Shown in pieces: positions 1 to 7,970 of a DNA stretch of 64,000 nucleotides (position 1 is the stretch's first letter; the number at the start of each line of letters is the position of its first letter). A program made the position numbers and the translations under genes. This stretch comes from a virus. The DNA lies in the IMG/VR virus record IMGVR_UViG_3300025897_002116, positions 8,953 to 72,952 of that record. One strand, given 5' to 3'. The notes beneath the pieces are model-generated. The model was not told the origin of the DNA, did not search any database, and saw nothing but the letters and a program-made list of their open reading frames with translations.

Positions 1-328
1 AACCCCACAACAAACTACTTCATTTTTCTACACATCATACATCTATTCATAGTACAATACAATCAATTCAATATATACATATATACTTACAATATAGTTC
101 ATACACTTCACCGTAAACAATCACCTTAACCTTCTTTCTCCCTTGATCTCTCTATGTCTGTCCATATATCGTATGTACCGGTGTACCTATGTTTGGTCAA
201 AGTCTATAATAACTCAGAGACGGGGTACGCCAGTACCTCCTCACCCTTTATCATCAGGTTTGGGAAGGCACGCCATTGTTGTTTGGTTGGTTGATAGGTT
301 GGCTTCATTTGAGACTTTAGTTGAAAAT

Positions 329-373
329 GCGCGTGGCACCTTCGGTGGAGAGATGAAAACCCCCTCCCCCTCA
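329..373. repeat. GC-rich hairpin element, copy 1 of 3
   Basis: gcgcgtg-g-cacc-TTC-ggtg-gagag...aaac-ccccctccccctca; same layout at 958 and 1634. Confidence 0.85.
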
Positions 374-416
374 TCATTCCTATCCTCCATCCAATCCCAT
401 TCCCTACCGGCATTGA

Positions 417-938
417 TCATAATACTGCATTACTATTAATCTGTCTATCAAAGCAAAATGTCTCATAATCTTTCTCATTAACCTTATACCCCCAATGCAA
501 TAAAGATTGCTGTATCCTTGGAGATATATTCCAATTGCCTTCATTATGTATCTTTGTATATATTCCTGTTCTCCATCTACCGTTGCTACCGCAGAACTCC
601 TGCCATCTCTGTATCTGTCTATTATCGTCTGAGTGCCTTCTTCCGTTATGGTACTTTGTATACCACTCAAACCAACCATATGGATCATCCTTATGCATCC
701 ATTTCATATCCCTCCAATAAGCATAGTTCATTCCACTTCTTATCTTGAACTTATTCATCTTAGGTTTGTATGTTTCTCCTAAGTATAAGCTTGTGTCTAC
801 GTTATCGTACGTTTCAAATAGAGTACTATACTCACAATCACCTTCTAGTTTTTCTATACCAAAATACGATCCTCCGAATATTCCTTCTCTAAGCATCTCA
901 CTTGGTGTCAATAAAGGGTTGAATTGTAATGTACTCAT
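417..938 (-). CDS. conserved hypothetical protein (TP.EML..G.FGG.YF / DPYGWFEWY / GRR..DD.RQI.RW family)
   Basis: 173 aa ORF with well-formed conserved-looking motifs; function not assignable. Confidence 0.7.
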   Translation of the reverse strand: MSTLQFNPLLTPSEMLREGIFGGSYFGIEKLEGDCEYSTLFETYDNVDTSLYLGETYKPKMNKFKIRSGMNYAYWRDMKWMHKDDPYGWFEWYTKYHNGRRHSDDNRQIQRWQEFCGSNGRWRTGIYTKIHNEGNWNISPRIQQSLLHWGYKVNEKDYETFCFDRQINSNAVL

Positions 939-957
939 ATGTAGTTTATGTTAATTT

Positions 958-1006
958 CGCGCGTGTCAACTTCGTTGACGGGAGAACAAACGCCCCCGCC
1001 CCCTCA
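958..1006. repeat. GC-rich hairpin element, copy 2 of 3
   Basis: cgcgcgt-gtcaac-TTC-gttgac-gggag...aaacgcccccgccccctca. Confidence 0.85.
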
Positions 1007-1028
1007 TCCTTATCCTTCTACTTAAAAA

Positions 1029-1247
1029 TTAGCGCTGTACGTTGCTAAAATAAGTCTTCAATGTATCCAATCTATCATCTGCATCTGTTAGCATCATTAA
1101 TGCATCTTCGGCATTTTTATAGAAATCATCTGTTGAATGATCTCCTATGCCGGCCGGATGATTAGATAAAAGATTTAATGTTAGTAGGGCCTTTGCTTTA
1201 TCTGCCTTTGCAGATGATTTTAACATAATGTATAGTTCTTCTTTCAT
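1029..1247 (-). CDS. hypothetical phage protein
   Basis: 72 aa ORF with a HPAGIGDHS motif. Confidence 0.7.
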   Translation of the reverse strand: MKEELYIMLKSSAKADKAKALLTLNLLSNHPAGIGDHSTDDFYKNAEDALMMLTDADDRLDTLKTYFSNVQR

Positions 1248-1258
1248 AGTTCTGAGGT

Positions 1259-1417
1259 TTAGCTTTTAGAAATATATTTGTAGTATCTGTATATCTCATC
1301 TTTGGTACCCATAATTTCAATCACCTCTGGAATTCCTTTCTCCTCTAATTCTCTGAGTAGATCTTTATCCGTAGCGTTCATAAAGTCAACTGTTACCTGC
1401 ATGAATATTTGTTTCAT
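1259..1417 (-). CDS. small hypothetical protein (52 aa, MKQIFMQVTVDF...)
   Basis: Translated manually; fills the gap and its ATG overlaps the upstream TGA (ATGA). Confidence 0.6.
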   Translation of the reverse strand: MKQIFMQVTVDFMNATDKDLLRELEEKGIPEVIEIMGTKDEIYRYYKYISKS

Positions 1418-1629
1418 TTTATCTTATATTTCTTCTTATATATATCAATGAATGCTTTTCCTACACCTACATCCAATATCTCCATTCCGGCTGGTATCTT
1501 CTTTGATCTCTCTGCAAGTATAGGATCTACATATCTTAGGTCCGTAAATACTTTAAGCCAAACTTTTCTACCGTTTGGTTTCTTGTATGTTACTGCTATC
1601 GGGATCTGTTCTTTTGGTATATATGTCAT
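1414..1629 (-). CDS. hypothetical phage protein
   Basis: Start revised to ATG at 1629 (MTYIPKEQ); the longer track start lies inside the hairpin element. Confidence 0.65.
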   Translation of the reverse strand: MTYIPKEQIPIAVTYKKPNGRKVWLKVFTDLRYVDPILAERSKKIPAGMEILDVGVGKAFIDIYKKKYKIK

Positions 1630-1633
1630 AATT

Positions 1634-1684
1634 CGCGCGTGACTCCTTCGGAGGAGAGAGGTTAAACGCACCCTCACCCCCTTA
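1634..1684. repeat. GC-rich hairpin element, copy 3 of 3
   Basis: cgcgcgtg-a-ctcc-TTC-ggag-gagag...aaacgcaccctcaccccctta. Confidence 0.85.
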
Positions 1685-1690
1685 GTTTAA

Positions 1691-2197
1691 TTATTCAAAT
1701 AAACTTAACTGTACTGTACGTATTTCAGGAACTATCTTATAAGCACTCAAAACCTTTCTAGTTGGTCTGAATGCTTCAATGCCCCAGTCAGCTAATTCTC
1801 CATCTATTACTGCTACTGCATGCTTTGCAACCGTCACTATATAGTTACCTTTAGGATGAGATTGAACAAAGCTTTTTAAAGTCTTCTTTCTCCATACAAA
1901 ATCACCGTTGAATTTATACCTATTCTTAGTCGACTTAGATCCTAATACCTCAACTTTAGCTTTCTTATCACCAAGCAGTATTCCTTTTGATTCAGCTTCT
2001 TCGAATTTACTATTAATAACTTTTTCTAAAGTTCCTTTTTTATCCTTCCTAGCGAAGGTCTCTTTTGCAACTTTATGTGCTATTGTATAATCTACTTCTC
2101 CTGCTATCGCTAATGCTCTCACAAAGCAATCATTTTTCTCTTTTGCAGCAAGAGGTGAACTAAATTCCGAGTAATTTTTTTGAATGTCTAAATACAT
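1691..2197 (-). CDS. phage protein with possible papain-like Cys-His-Asp triad and C-terminal QLSLF motif
   Basis: NDCFVRA, HAVAVIDG, DW motifs; ends VQLSLFE. Confidence 0.6.
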   Translation of the reverse strand: MYLDIQKNYSEFSSPLAAKEKNDCFVRALAIAGEVDYTIAHKVAKETFARKDKKGTLEKVINSKFEEAESKGILLGDKKAKVEVLGSKSTKNRYKFNGDFVWRKKTLKSFVQSHPKGNYIVTVAKHAVAVIDGELADWGIEAFRPTRKVLSAYKIVPEIRTVQLSLFE

Positions 2198-2258
2198 AAC
2201 CTTTTTTTTTATTTTAACTTATACCTAAATATACGAACTTTAATTGTAAAAAGCAACC
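2195..2258 (-). promoter_or_regulatory. repeated early promoter/leader cassette, copy 1
   Basis: Minus strand GTTGC-N-AAAGTTCGTATATTTAGGTATAAGTTAAAA...AAAGGTTATG; resembles the Bacteroidota TTG / TAnnTTTG promoter. Confidence 0.8.
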
Positions 2259-2260
2259 TT

Positions 2261-2644
2261 TTAGGCTACTTTATTTTCTACAAAAACTTTGTCTGCCCAA
2301 GTCTTAGCATTCACAGCTGAGTATTGGTGCTGATCATATAGGTTCGTGTTAAAGAATAGTTGATTGACTTCTCCTACAGTCACCTGAGCCATGAGCTCTT
2401 TATCCATAAAAACTATGGTTTTTCCTTTACGAGCAAATACTGTTAACCAGAACTCTGAACCTTCGGCTCTGAATTGAATAGTTTGCAAAGCTCCTTTCTT
2501 CCAATTACTTAACTTTGGCATGATAGTACCAACTTCGTAAGCTTTCATAAATCCAGCTTTTACTTTAACGATTGCTTGGTAAGTTCCTTTTTGACCTTTG
2601 ATGTAGTCTACTATGTTGATCGATGTTGTATTTCTAATTTCCAT
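2261..2644 (-). CDS. hypothetical early protein
   Basis: 127 aa ORF directly behind a promoter cassette. Confidence 0.75.
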   Translation of the reverse strand: MEIRNTTSINIVDYIKGQKGTYQAIVKVKAGFMKAYEVGTIMPKLSNWKKGALQTIQFRAEGSEFWLTVFARKGKTIVFMDKELMAQVTVGEVNQLFFNTNLYDQHQYSAVNAKTWADKVFVENKVA

Positions 2645-2708
2645 AACCTTTATTTTTATCTTTTTAACTTATACCTAAATATACGAACTTTAAGCCGGAA
2701 AGGCAACT
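2642..2708 (-). promoter_or_regulatory. repeated early promoter/leader cassette, copy 2
   Basis: Near-identical to the copies at 3787, 4234, 4735 and 5231. Confidence 0.85.
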
Positions 2709-2715
2709 TTTAACC

Positions 2716-2741
2716 AAAAAAAAACGGAAAGAATTCCGTTT
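2716..2741 (-). terminator. intrinsic terminator
   Basis: Minus strand AAACGGAA-loop-TTCCGTTT followed by a T run, downstream of the 2760..3011 ORF. Confidence 0.7.
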
Positions 2742-2759
2742 AATTTTAAAAACAAGGGG

Positions 2760-3011
2760 CTATGAAATCCTAGTATTTATTTGTTCTTTCTTAATTTCCA
2801 ATTGTATTACCAAGTCTTCATAAAAAAGACTAACAAGTTCATTTGTAAAAAAAGTATTACCTTTGGCAGTCAGCCAGGGAGGTGATAAATACATTCTTAT
2901 AAAATTATTGGCAAGCTTCTGAGAGGTTCCAATTTGCTCTAAAGTTAAACAGGAGTTTATTGCTCTCACTGTAAATTTGTAATTCTTAAGAATTTGTCTC
3001 TTTAGTTTCAT
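2760..3011 (-). CDS. hypothetical protein
   Basis: 83 aa ORF. Confidence 0.6.
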   Translation of the reverse strand: MKLKRQILKNYKFTVRAINSCLTLEQIGTSQKLANNFIRMYLSPPWLTAKGNTFFTNELVSLFYEDLVIQLEIKKEQINTRIS

Positions 3012-3015
3012 AAGC

Positions 3016-3789
3016 TTATTTGATGATTAGGTCTTTAAAGTCATTAACGAATACCTCTACATTACTAACTCTTACTCCTTTTACTTTATGAATATGTTTA
3101 ATATTATCATACGTGGAATGAGTAGTTACTAATAGATCAGCTGATTTGCCGGACGCAGTTACCTTACTAGCAGCAATTCTAACTATATTGGATAGAGTAT
3201 GATCAAATTTAACTCTAAGTTTAGTTCTATCACTTCTATTAAAATTAATACCTTTAGTTAGAAGGTTATCTAATAAGTTAACTTTATCTAAAGAGTCTAC
3301 TACAGTTCTTTGAGCCTCAATTAACTTAAATAGTTCCGTACGCTTAGTCTTAAACGTTTCAATAAACTTATTGTATTTAGTAGTACAATTATTTAAGTCT
3401 GTAAGGATATCCTCTTTGTATTCAACAGCAATATTGATATAATGATCAATCACATTTCGTTTTTCTCTAAGAATTATGTCATTACTGATTTCATATCTTT
3501 GAGAACTCATTGATAACTCAATTGAATTATGTAATCGAAAATTATCATCATTCCATGAGGTATAGGTATATAGCGACAGTATAGTTGAATTGTTTTTAAA
3601 ATCATTTATTTCAACATATTCATTACCTATTCTAACTTTGAAGTTTTCAGAAAAGTCATCTTGAAAATAACGAGCTAGTATTTCTCTCTTTTCATTATCA
3701 GCTCTTTGAGTTAAAGAACTAATTCTGATATCCAATTCTGCTTTTTCTGTAGTTAGCTTATCTAACTGATCTCTATGTAAATTTTTCAT
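3016..3789 (-). CDS. hypothetical early protein (coiled-coil rich)
   Basis: 257 aa ORF behind a promoter cassette. Confidence 0.75.
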   Translation of the reverse strand: MKNLHRDQLDKLTTEKAELDIRISSLTQRADNEKREILARYFQDDFSENFKVRIGNEYVEINDFKNNSTILSLYTYTSWNDDNFRLHNSIELSMSSQRYEISNDIILREKRNVIDHYINIAVEYKEDILTDLNNCTTKYNKFIETFKTKRTELFKLIEAQRTVVDSLDKVNLLDNLLTKGINFNRSDRTKLRVKFDHTLSNIVRIAASKVTASGKSADLLVTTHSTYDNIKHIHKVKGVRVSNVEVFVNDFKDLIIK

Positions 3790-3853
3790 AACCTTTATTT
3801 TTATCTTTTTAACTTATACCTAAAGATACGAACTTTAAGCCGGAAAGGCAACT
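3787..3853 (-). promoter_or_regulatory. repeated early promoter/leader cassette, copy 3
   Basis: cataacctttatttttatctttttaacttatacctaaagatacgaactttaagccggaaaggcaact. Confidence 0.85.
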
Positions 3854-3873
3854 ATTATCTTAATATTATTTAG

Positions 3874-4236
3874 TTAAAGGCTATTTAATAGCCCTAATGA
3901 TCCAGAGAAGTCTACTCCAGCTATTACAGATTCCGGAGAGTCAACTACCTTAGTAACCATTTCTTTTAACTGTGTATGTATTTCTTCCTCCAGTTTTACT
4001 GCAGATCTCTGTTTACTTCTCTCCTGTTCAGTCCAGCCTTCACCACCTAGTCTGATAGAATCATGACTTGCAAAATCACATTCTCTGGTAAGTTCACCGC
4101 TCAGGGTATGACCTTCATAGTCAATTAGCATACTAAAAAAGTATCCTTCATTATGTACACTGTAGGCTTTGTACTCGTCTATGAGTAGATTCTTGGCTTT
4201 ACTAAAATTCTTTTTTCTTAATGCTGTTTTTGTCAT
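3874..4236 (-). CDS. hypothetical early protein
   Basis: 120 aa ORF behind a promoter cassette. Confidence 0.7.
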   Translation of the reverse strand: MTKTALRKKNFSKAKNLLIDEYKAYSVHNEGYFFSMLIDYEGHTLSGELTRECDFASHDSIRLGGEGWTEQERSKQRSAVKLEEEIHTQLKEMVTKVVDSPESVIAGVDFSGSLGLLNSL

Positions 4237-4300
4237 AACCTTTATTTATATCTTTTTAACTTATACCTAAATATACGAACTTTAAACCAGAAAAGCAACT
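4234..4300 (-). promoter_or_regulatory. repeated early promoter/leader cassette, copy 4
   Basis: Same ~67 bp motif ending at ATG. Confidence 0.85.
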
Positions 4301-4316
4301 GCTTTTGTGACGTATT

Positions 4317-4412
4317 TTACCTACTATTAAACCACCAAATGAGTGTATGTACGATTATTGCCACTAGTAACCACCATTGTATTCTTCTTGATTCACGTTT
4401 CTGAGAGTTCAT
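4317..4412 (-). CDS. small membrane peptide (31 aa, MNSQKRESRRIQWWLLVAIIVHTLIWWFNSR)
   Basis: Manual translation; ATGA overlap with the upstream small ORF. Confidence 0.45.
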   Translation of the reverse strand: MNSQKRESRRIQWWLLVAIIVHTLIWWFNSR

Positions 4413-4507
4413 TTTTTGTATTTATCTTTAAGGAAGCTAATCATAGACATACAGTATAATACGAATATTAATGTTGCAATATCTATTATTAATCTAAATT
4501 CATCCAT
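4409..4507 (-). CDS. small membrane peptide (32 aa, MDEFRLIIDIATLIFVLYCMSMISFLKDKYKK)
   Basis: Manual translation; tightly packed between ORFs. Confidence 0.45.
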   Translation of the reverse strand: MDEFRLIIDIATLIFVLYCMSMISFLKDKYKK

Positions 4508-4512
4508 ATTGA

Positions 4513-4737
4513 TTATACGTTTTCTTTTCTTTTATTATCCTGAACAACAAAGTAGTAAGAGAACCCTATAAGGGCTATTGATAGAATTAAAAGTGTAGTA
4601 ATTGGATTCATCATCATTACATATAAGACTAAGAAAAAAGCCTTGATTGACTGTATCAACAAAAATACTGCGCATATTGTAGCCCCTATGGCTGCAAGTA
4701 TGGTGAGGAATCTAAATATTAAATCTTCTATTTTCAT
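4513..4737 (-). CDS. small membrane protein (2 TM)
   Basis: Hydrophobic 74 aa ORF behind a promoter cassette. Confidence 0.7.
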   Translation of the reverse strand: MKIEDLIFRFLTILAAIGATICAVFLLIQSIKAFFLVLYVMMMNPITTLLILSIALIGFSYYFVVQDNKRKENV

Positions 4738-4801
4738 AACCTTTATTTATATCTTTTTAACTTATACCTAAAGATACGAACTTTATCTTAAAAAGGCAAC
4801 T
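4735..4801 (-). promoter_or_regulatory. repeated early promoter/leader cassette, copy 5
   Basis: Same motif. Confidence 0.85.
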
Positions 4802-4817
4802 TTCTTACGTTTTATTT

Positions 4818-4919
4818 TTAATGCCCTAAATGCATTTCTATCTCCCACATCTCCATTTCTTCAATTTCTTTTGAGGTGAAGTTTGTATTAGCTAGCATTA
4901 ATTCTTTTAGGTATTCCAT
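4818..4919 (-). CDS. small acidic peptide (33 aa, MEYLKELMLANTNFTSKEIEEMEMWEIEMHLGH)
   Basis: Manual translation. Confidence 0.45.
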   Translation of the reverse strand: MEYLKELMLANTNFTSKEIEEMEMWEIEMHLGH

Positions 4920-4929
4920 AACTATTATT

Positions 4930-5130
4930 TTATTTTTTTATAGGTTGATGACCCTCAAGCATTAGATTCCAATACTTCCTTAATTTAGAGGGCAGTGACG
5001 AATTGGGAGGAGATTTTAGTTTTGCTAATTCACTACATAACCATCCGTAGTCTGGATGTTTGTTCGTAGCTAATAACGTAAATGAGATTGCATCGGCCAA
5101 TTTTCTTGTTTCTTTATCAATTCTTTTCAT
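4930..5130 (-). CDS. hypothetical protein
   Basis: Start revised to ATG at 5130 (MKRIDKETRK). Confidence 0.55.
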   Translation of the reverse strand: MKRIDKETRKLADAISFTLLATNKHPDYGWLCSELAKLKSPPNSSLPSKLRKYWNLMLEGHQPIKK

Positions 5131-5233
5131 TATGTATTTTTTTATTAATACCACTTGATATTACAGTTCCAACGGAATTTGCATGAACACTCAGTAAGTA
5201 CATAGCTTTTTCTAATTCACTCATCTTTTTCAT
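5117..5233 (-). CDS. small protein (38 aa, MKKMSELEKAMY...)
   Basis: ATG sits at the end of promoter cassette copy 6. Confidence 0.55.
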   Translation of the reverse strand: MKKMSELEKAMYLLSVHANSVGTVISSGINKKIHNEKN

Positions 5234-5297
5234 AACCTTTATTTTTATCTTTTTAACTTATACCTAAATATACGAACTTAAAATCAGAAAGGCAACT
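5231..5297 (-). promoter_or_regulatory. repeated early promoter/leader cassette, copy 6
   Basis: Same motif. Confidence 0.85.
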
Positions 5298-5673
5298 GTT
5301 TTTCAATGTTTTTTTTGGGGATCTATGGGTTAACTCCGCTATAATGATCTTACTATCTTCTTGTTTCTCTCCATTTTTCCAATATGTTGGCAATTACTGC
5401 AAAAAAGATAGGTACAGGAAGTACTGCGCATATTCCTAAAAATGTAATGATAACTATTTCTATTACAGTTGGACCCATGGCGGTTACTAGTTTATATTAT
5501 GTTACTGTAACCGGCTATACTCAAATAAGTATGTTTATATTGAGTTTTTTATACTAAGACTATACTTCTATGAACTTTTATATTAATGATAAATATTACT
5601 AGTTAACCATTATCTTGATTGTATTTGTAGATAAATTCATTAAAGTAGAGATTTAACTATTGTAATAAAGTTT

Positions 5674-5681
5674 CTATTTAT
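5674..5681 (+). promoter_or_regulatory. putative late-type promoter CTATTTAT
   Basis: Same octamer precedes minus-strand units elsewhere; here it is in + orientation before the only + gene. Confidence 0.5.
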
Positions 5682-5739
5682 TATCGGTAGAGAAGGTTAT
5701 GGCAGAATGGTTTTTATTCACCTGTAACTATTTACCTGC

Positions 5740-6123
5740 ATGCCAAAAGTAGAATTATCAGCTTTTTATATAGAATTTATTGGATTTATACTTACCTTGA
5801 TTGTAGGCTTAGCTATTAGAGATATGGCTATGTCTTTCGTACAAGGTATGAAATTTAAAATGCATAAAGCTTTCAAGGAAGGAGATAGGGTCCTACTAGA
5901 TGATGATCATGCATTAATTGTAAAAATAGGATTTACCGAAACAGTTTTTGGTATTTACGGAGAACAAGGATATACATGGAGATATATTCCAAATTCCAGA
6001 ATAGCAGGATTGAAGTTAGAAAAAATTGTTGATCCGGACTTGCATCCTGATACGAGAGAAGAGCGTGCTCAAAAACTTCTAGATACTATTAACGTTGCTA
6101 AGAAAATAAGAACAAAATCTTAG
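5740..6123 (+). CDS. MscS-like small protein (TM plus beta domain)
   Basis: N-terminal TM, then FKEGDRVLLD...IVKIGFTET...YIPNSRI, as in the MscS middle beta domain. Confidence 0.65.
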   Translation: MPKVELSAFYIEFIGFILTLIVGLAIRDMAMSFVQGMKFKMHKAFKEGDRVLLDDDHALIVKIGFTETVFGIYGEQGYTWRYIPNSRIAGLKLEKIVDPDLHPDTREERAQKLLDTINVAKKIRTKS

Positions 6124-6128
6124 CCCTC

Positions 6129-6548
6129 TTAATTTTTAAACATTTCTAAATACTGTGGATTTTTAGCTAAAATAGAAAAACTATTGGTTTTAGATAATCT
6201 TTTAAATTTTTGATTATTTAACAAACCTTTAAATTCTCCAAGGTTAGTAGTATCTAAGTTAGTATTTTCTATGAACTCAGTAAAATTTGCAGAGTGTATA
6301 AACTTATTAAAGTTCTCATCTTTTAGTAATTCCTGAAATTCATCATTTTGTAGAAGTATCTGTAGATCTTCACCTTCAAGCTCTACTTCGGTATCATCTT
6401 CAATTTTATATTTATTTGCTTTTTGAACTCCTTTTATTGCAGAACCCGTCATAGTATCTATTGGGAACCCTGTTGTGAGTTGTATAATGTATATAGCAAC
6501 TGATATTGCTACTAAAGTAAGTGCTATTTTTATACTTGATTTTTTCAT
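6129..6548 (-). CDS. membrane-anchored hypothetical protein
   Basis: N-terminal hydrophobic helix. Confidence 0.65.
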   Translation of the reverse strand: MKKSSIKIALTLVAISVAIYIIQLTTGFPIDTMTGSAIKGVQKANKYKIEDDTEVELEGEDLQILLQNDEFQELLKDENFNKFIHSANFTEFIENTNLDTTNLGEFKGLLNNQKFKRLSKTNSFSILAKNPQYLEMFKN

Positions 6549-6577
6549 AATCTTATTGGTTTTGTTTTTTTAAGTTA

Positions 6578-7201
6578 TTATATTAAATTAGGTTTCTGTA
6601 TGGTAAGAAGTTTATTAAAAGTTTTTTCATCATACCCATAAAAAGGAAGTGGCGTAATATCAGAATCTACTCCAGGATATTGTTTAAAGTATCTACTATT
6701 CAATTGGTCCTCTTTTAATATTCCTTTATTTTTAATACCACCGTACATTAAATCTAATCCCTCTGGTAATCTATTTTCTTCAATGAAGTTCAATAGCTTT
6801 TTAGCTCCTTCGGGCCAAATTATATAAGCTAAAATAGAAAAAGTATCTGGTACTAACCAAAATGTATCTAAATCTGTTCTATCTAATATTTCTTCAAATG
6901 AAAAATCAATAGGCTTCATTAATTCGGCATCATCTTCTATAATAACATAAGGAGCATTACTTGCAATACATTCTTCATAAAGTCTCATATGCATTCTATT
7001 TGCACATACAAGAGATGGTATATGAATCTGCAATGAATCATATTTATTTCCTTCAATCATTCTCGTATCTTCTTTGGTTAATTTATACTCTAACCCATCA
7101 ACCGCATCTACAAATTCAAAATCGAAATAAGGACTAAATGTATTAGTAAATTTAGTTCTACGGTCTTGTCTTCTTTTTAACGAAATAACTTTGATGTTCA
7201 T
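6578..7201 (-). CDS. glycosyltransferase family 25
   Basis: VISLKRRQDRR, FVDAVDG, IIEDDA, AYII motifs. Confidence 0.8.
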   Translation of the reverse strand: MNIKVISLKRRQDRRTKFTNTFSPYFDFEFVDAVDGLEYKLTKEDTRMIEGNKYDSLQIHIPSLVCANRMHMRLYEECIASNAPYVIIEDDAELMKPIDFSFEEILDRTDLDTFWLVPDTFSILAYIIWPEGAKKLLNFIEENRLPEGLDLMYGGIKNKGILKEDQLNSRYFKQYPGVDSDITPLPFYGYDEKTFNKLLTIQKPNLI

Positions 7202-7211
7202 ATAATATAAT

Positions 7212-7970
7212 TTAAAGCATGTATCTATCTGATTCTCTGTTTAGGCTTTCAAAAATATATTTATCGAATTTTGAAAAACCAAAGTAATGTTTGTACTTAT
7301 TAGATTTATAATCTTTTGTAAAATTATACTTAGTGTTATTTTTTTCACAGATATTTGTAAAATAGTACTGACAAATTATAGTTGATACAATTATTCCTTG
7401 TGTTATTAGTTTCTCTGTCGGTTCTATGTTTGTTAAGTAATATTTTCTAACTTTATAATATGAATCAATAAAAAGATTCTTTATATCTTCTGTTTTAAAC
7501 CTCAGTATGCCGACATTGAATACAAGTTTTGGATCAAATGAAAAGTCTGAAAACACCTCATCCATTTTATATTTTTTTAAAATATTCAATATATCTCTGT
7601 GGCATTGTTGTAGTCTTTCTTTTTGTTCAAATACAATATCAGATGTTTCATCAACTGAAAGTTTAGTGTGTAAAATTATATCCCCATCAAATGTAATACT
7701 TCCTGCTGGTTCCTGAGTATGTACGTAAATCTTTAGGTCATCTGTAATCTCAAATTCAACATTTTCTACATTAACAAAGACATCGTAATAACCTTTTAAA
7801 TAATTTAAAGAGTAATCACAACCATAGAATTTTATTTTATGGCCAAGTGATTTTGCTCGTTCCATTGATATTTTATATAACTTTAGAACATGGTCTGTTT
7901 CATTATCTTTGGTATATCTACCACCTTTATAATCTCCAATATGTGTTGAAAAACTAAAAATTAATGTCAT
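7212..7970 (-). CDS. DUF6734-like, GT-A-like protein
   Basis: FDGDII (DxD) and FNVGIL; paralogous in pattern to 9771 and 17464. Confidence 0.55.
   Translation of the reverse strand: MTLIFSFSTHIGDYKGGRYTKDNETDHVLKLYKISMERAKSLGHKIKFYGCDYSLNYLKGYYDVFVNVENVEFEITDDLKIYVHTQEPAGSITFDGDIILHTKLSVDETSDIVFEQKERLQQCHRDILNILKKYKMDEVFSDFSFDPKLVFNVGILRFKTEDIKNLFIDSYYKVRKYYLTNIEPTEKLITQGIIVSTIICQYYFTNICEKNNTKYNFTKDYKSNKYKHYFGFSKFDKYIFESLNRESDRYML

Noticed and set aside
66-308. Possible TAG read-through or recoding, since the frame from ATG 308 continues past two TAGs
   Set aside because: TAG cleanly ends several genes elsewhere (e.g. 20705, 22206, 25455, 56240) and long genes are uninterrupted, so the standard code fits
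360-410. G-quadruplex on the minus strand
   Set aside because: Only two G-tracts are conserved across the three copies, and 7-deazaguanine substitution would prevent a DNA G4
2195-5297. Repeats as a CRISPR array or integron attC sites
   Set aside because: Spacing is 450-1150 bp with whole genes between, repeats are non-palindromic and end at ATG; no cas or integrase gene
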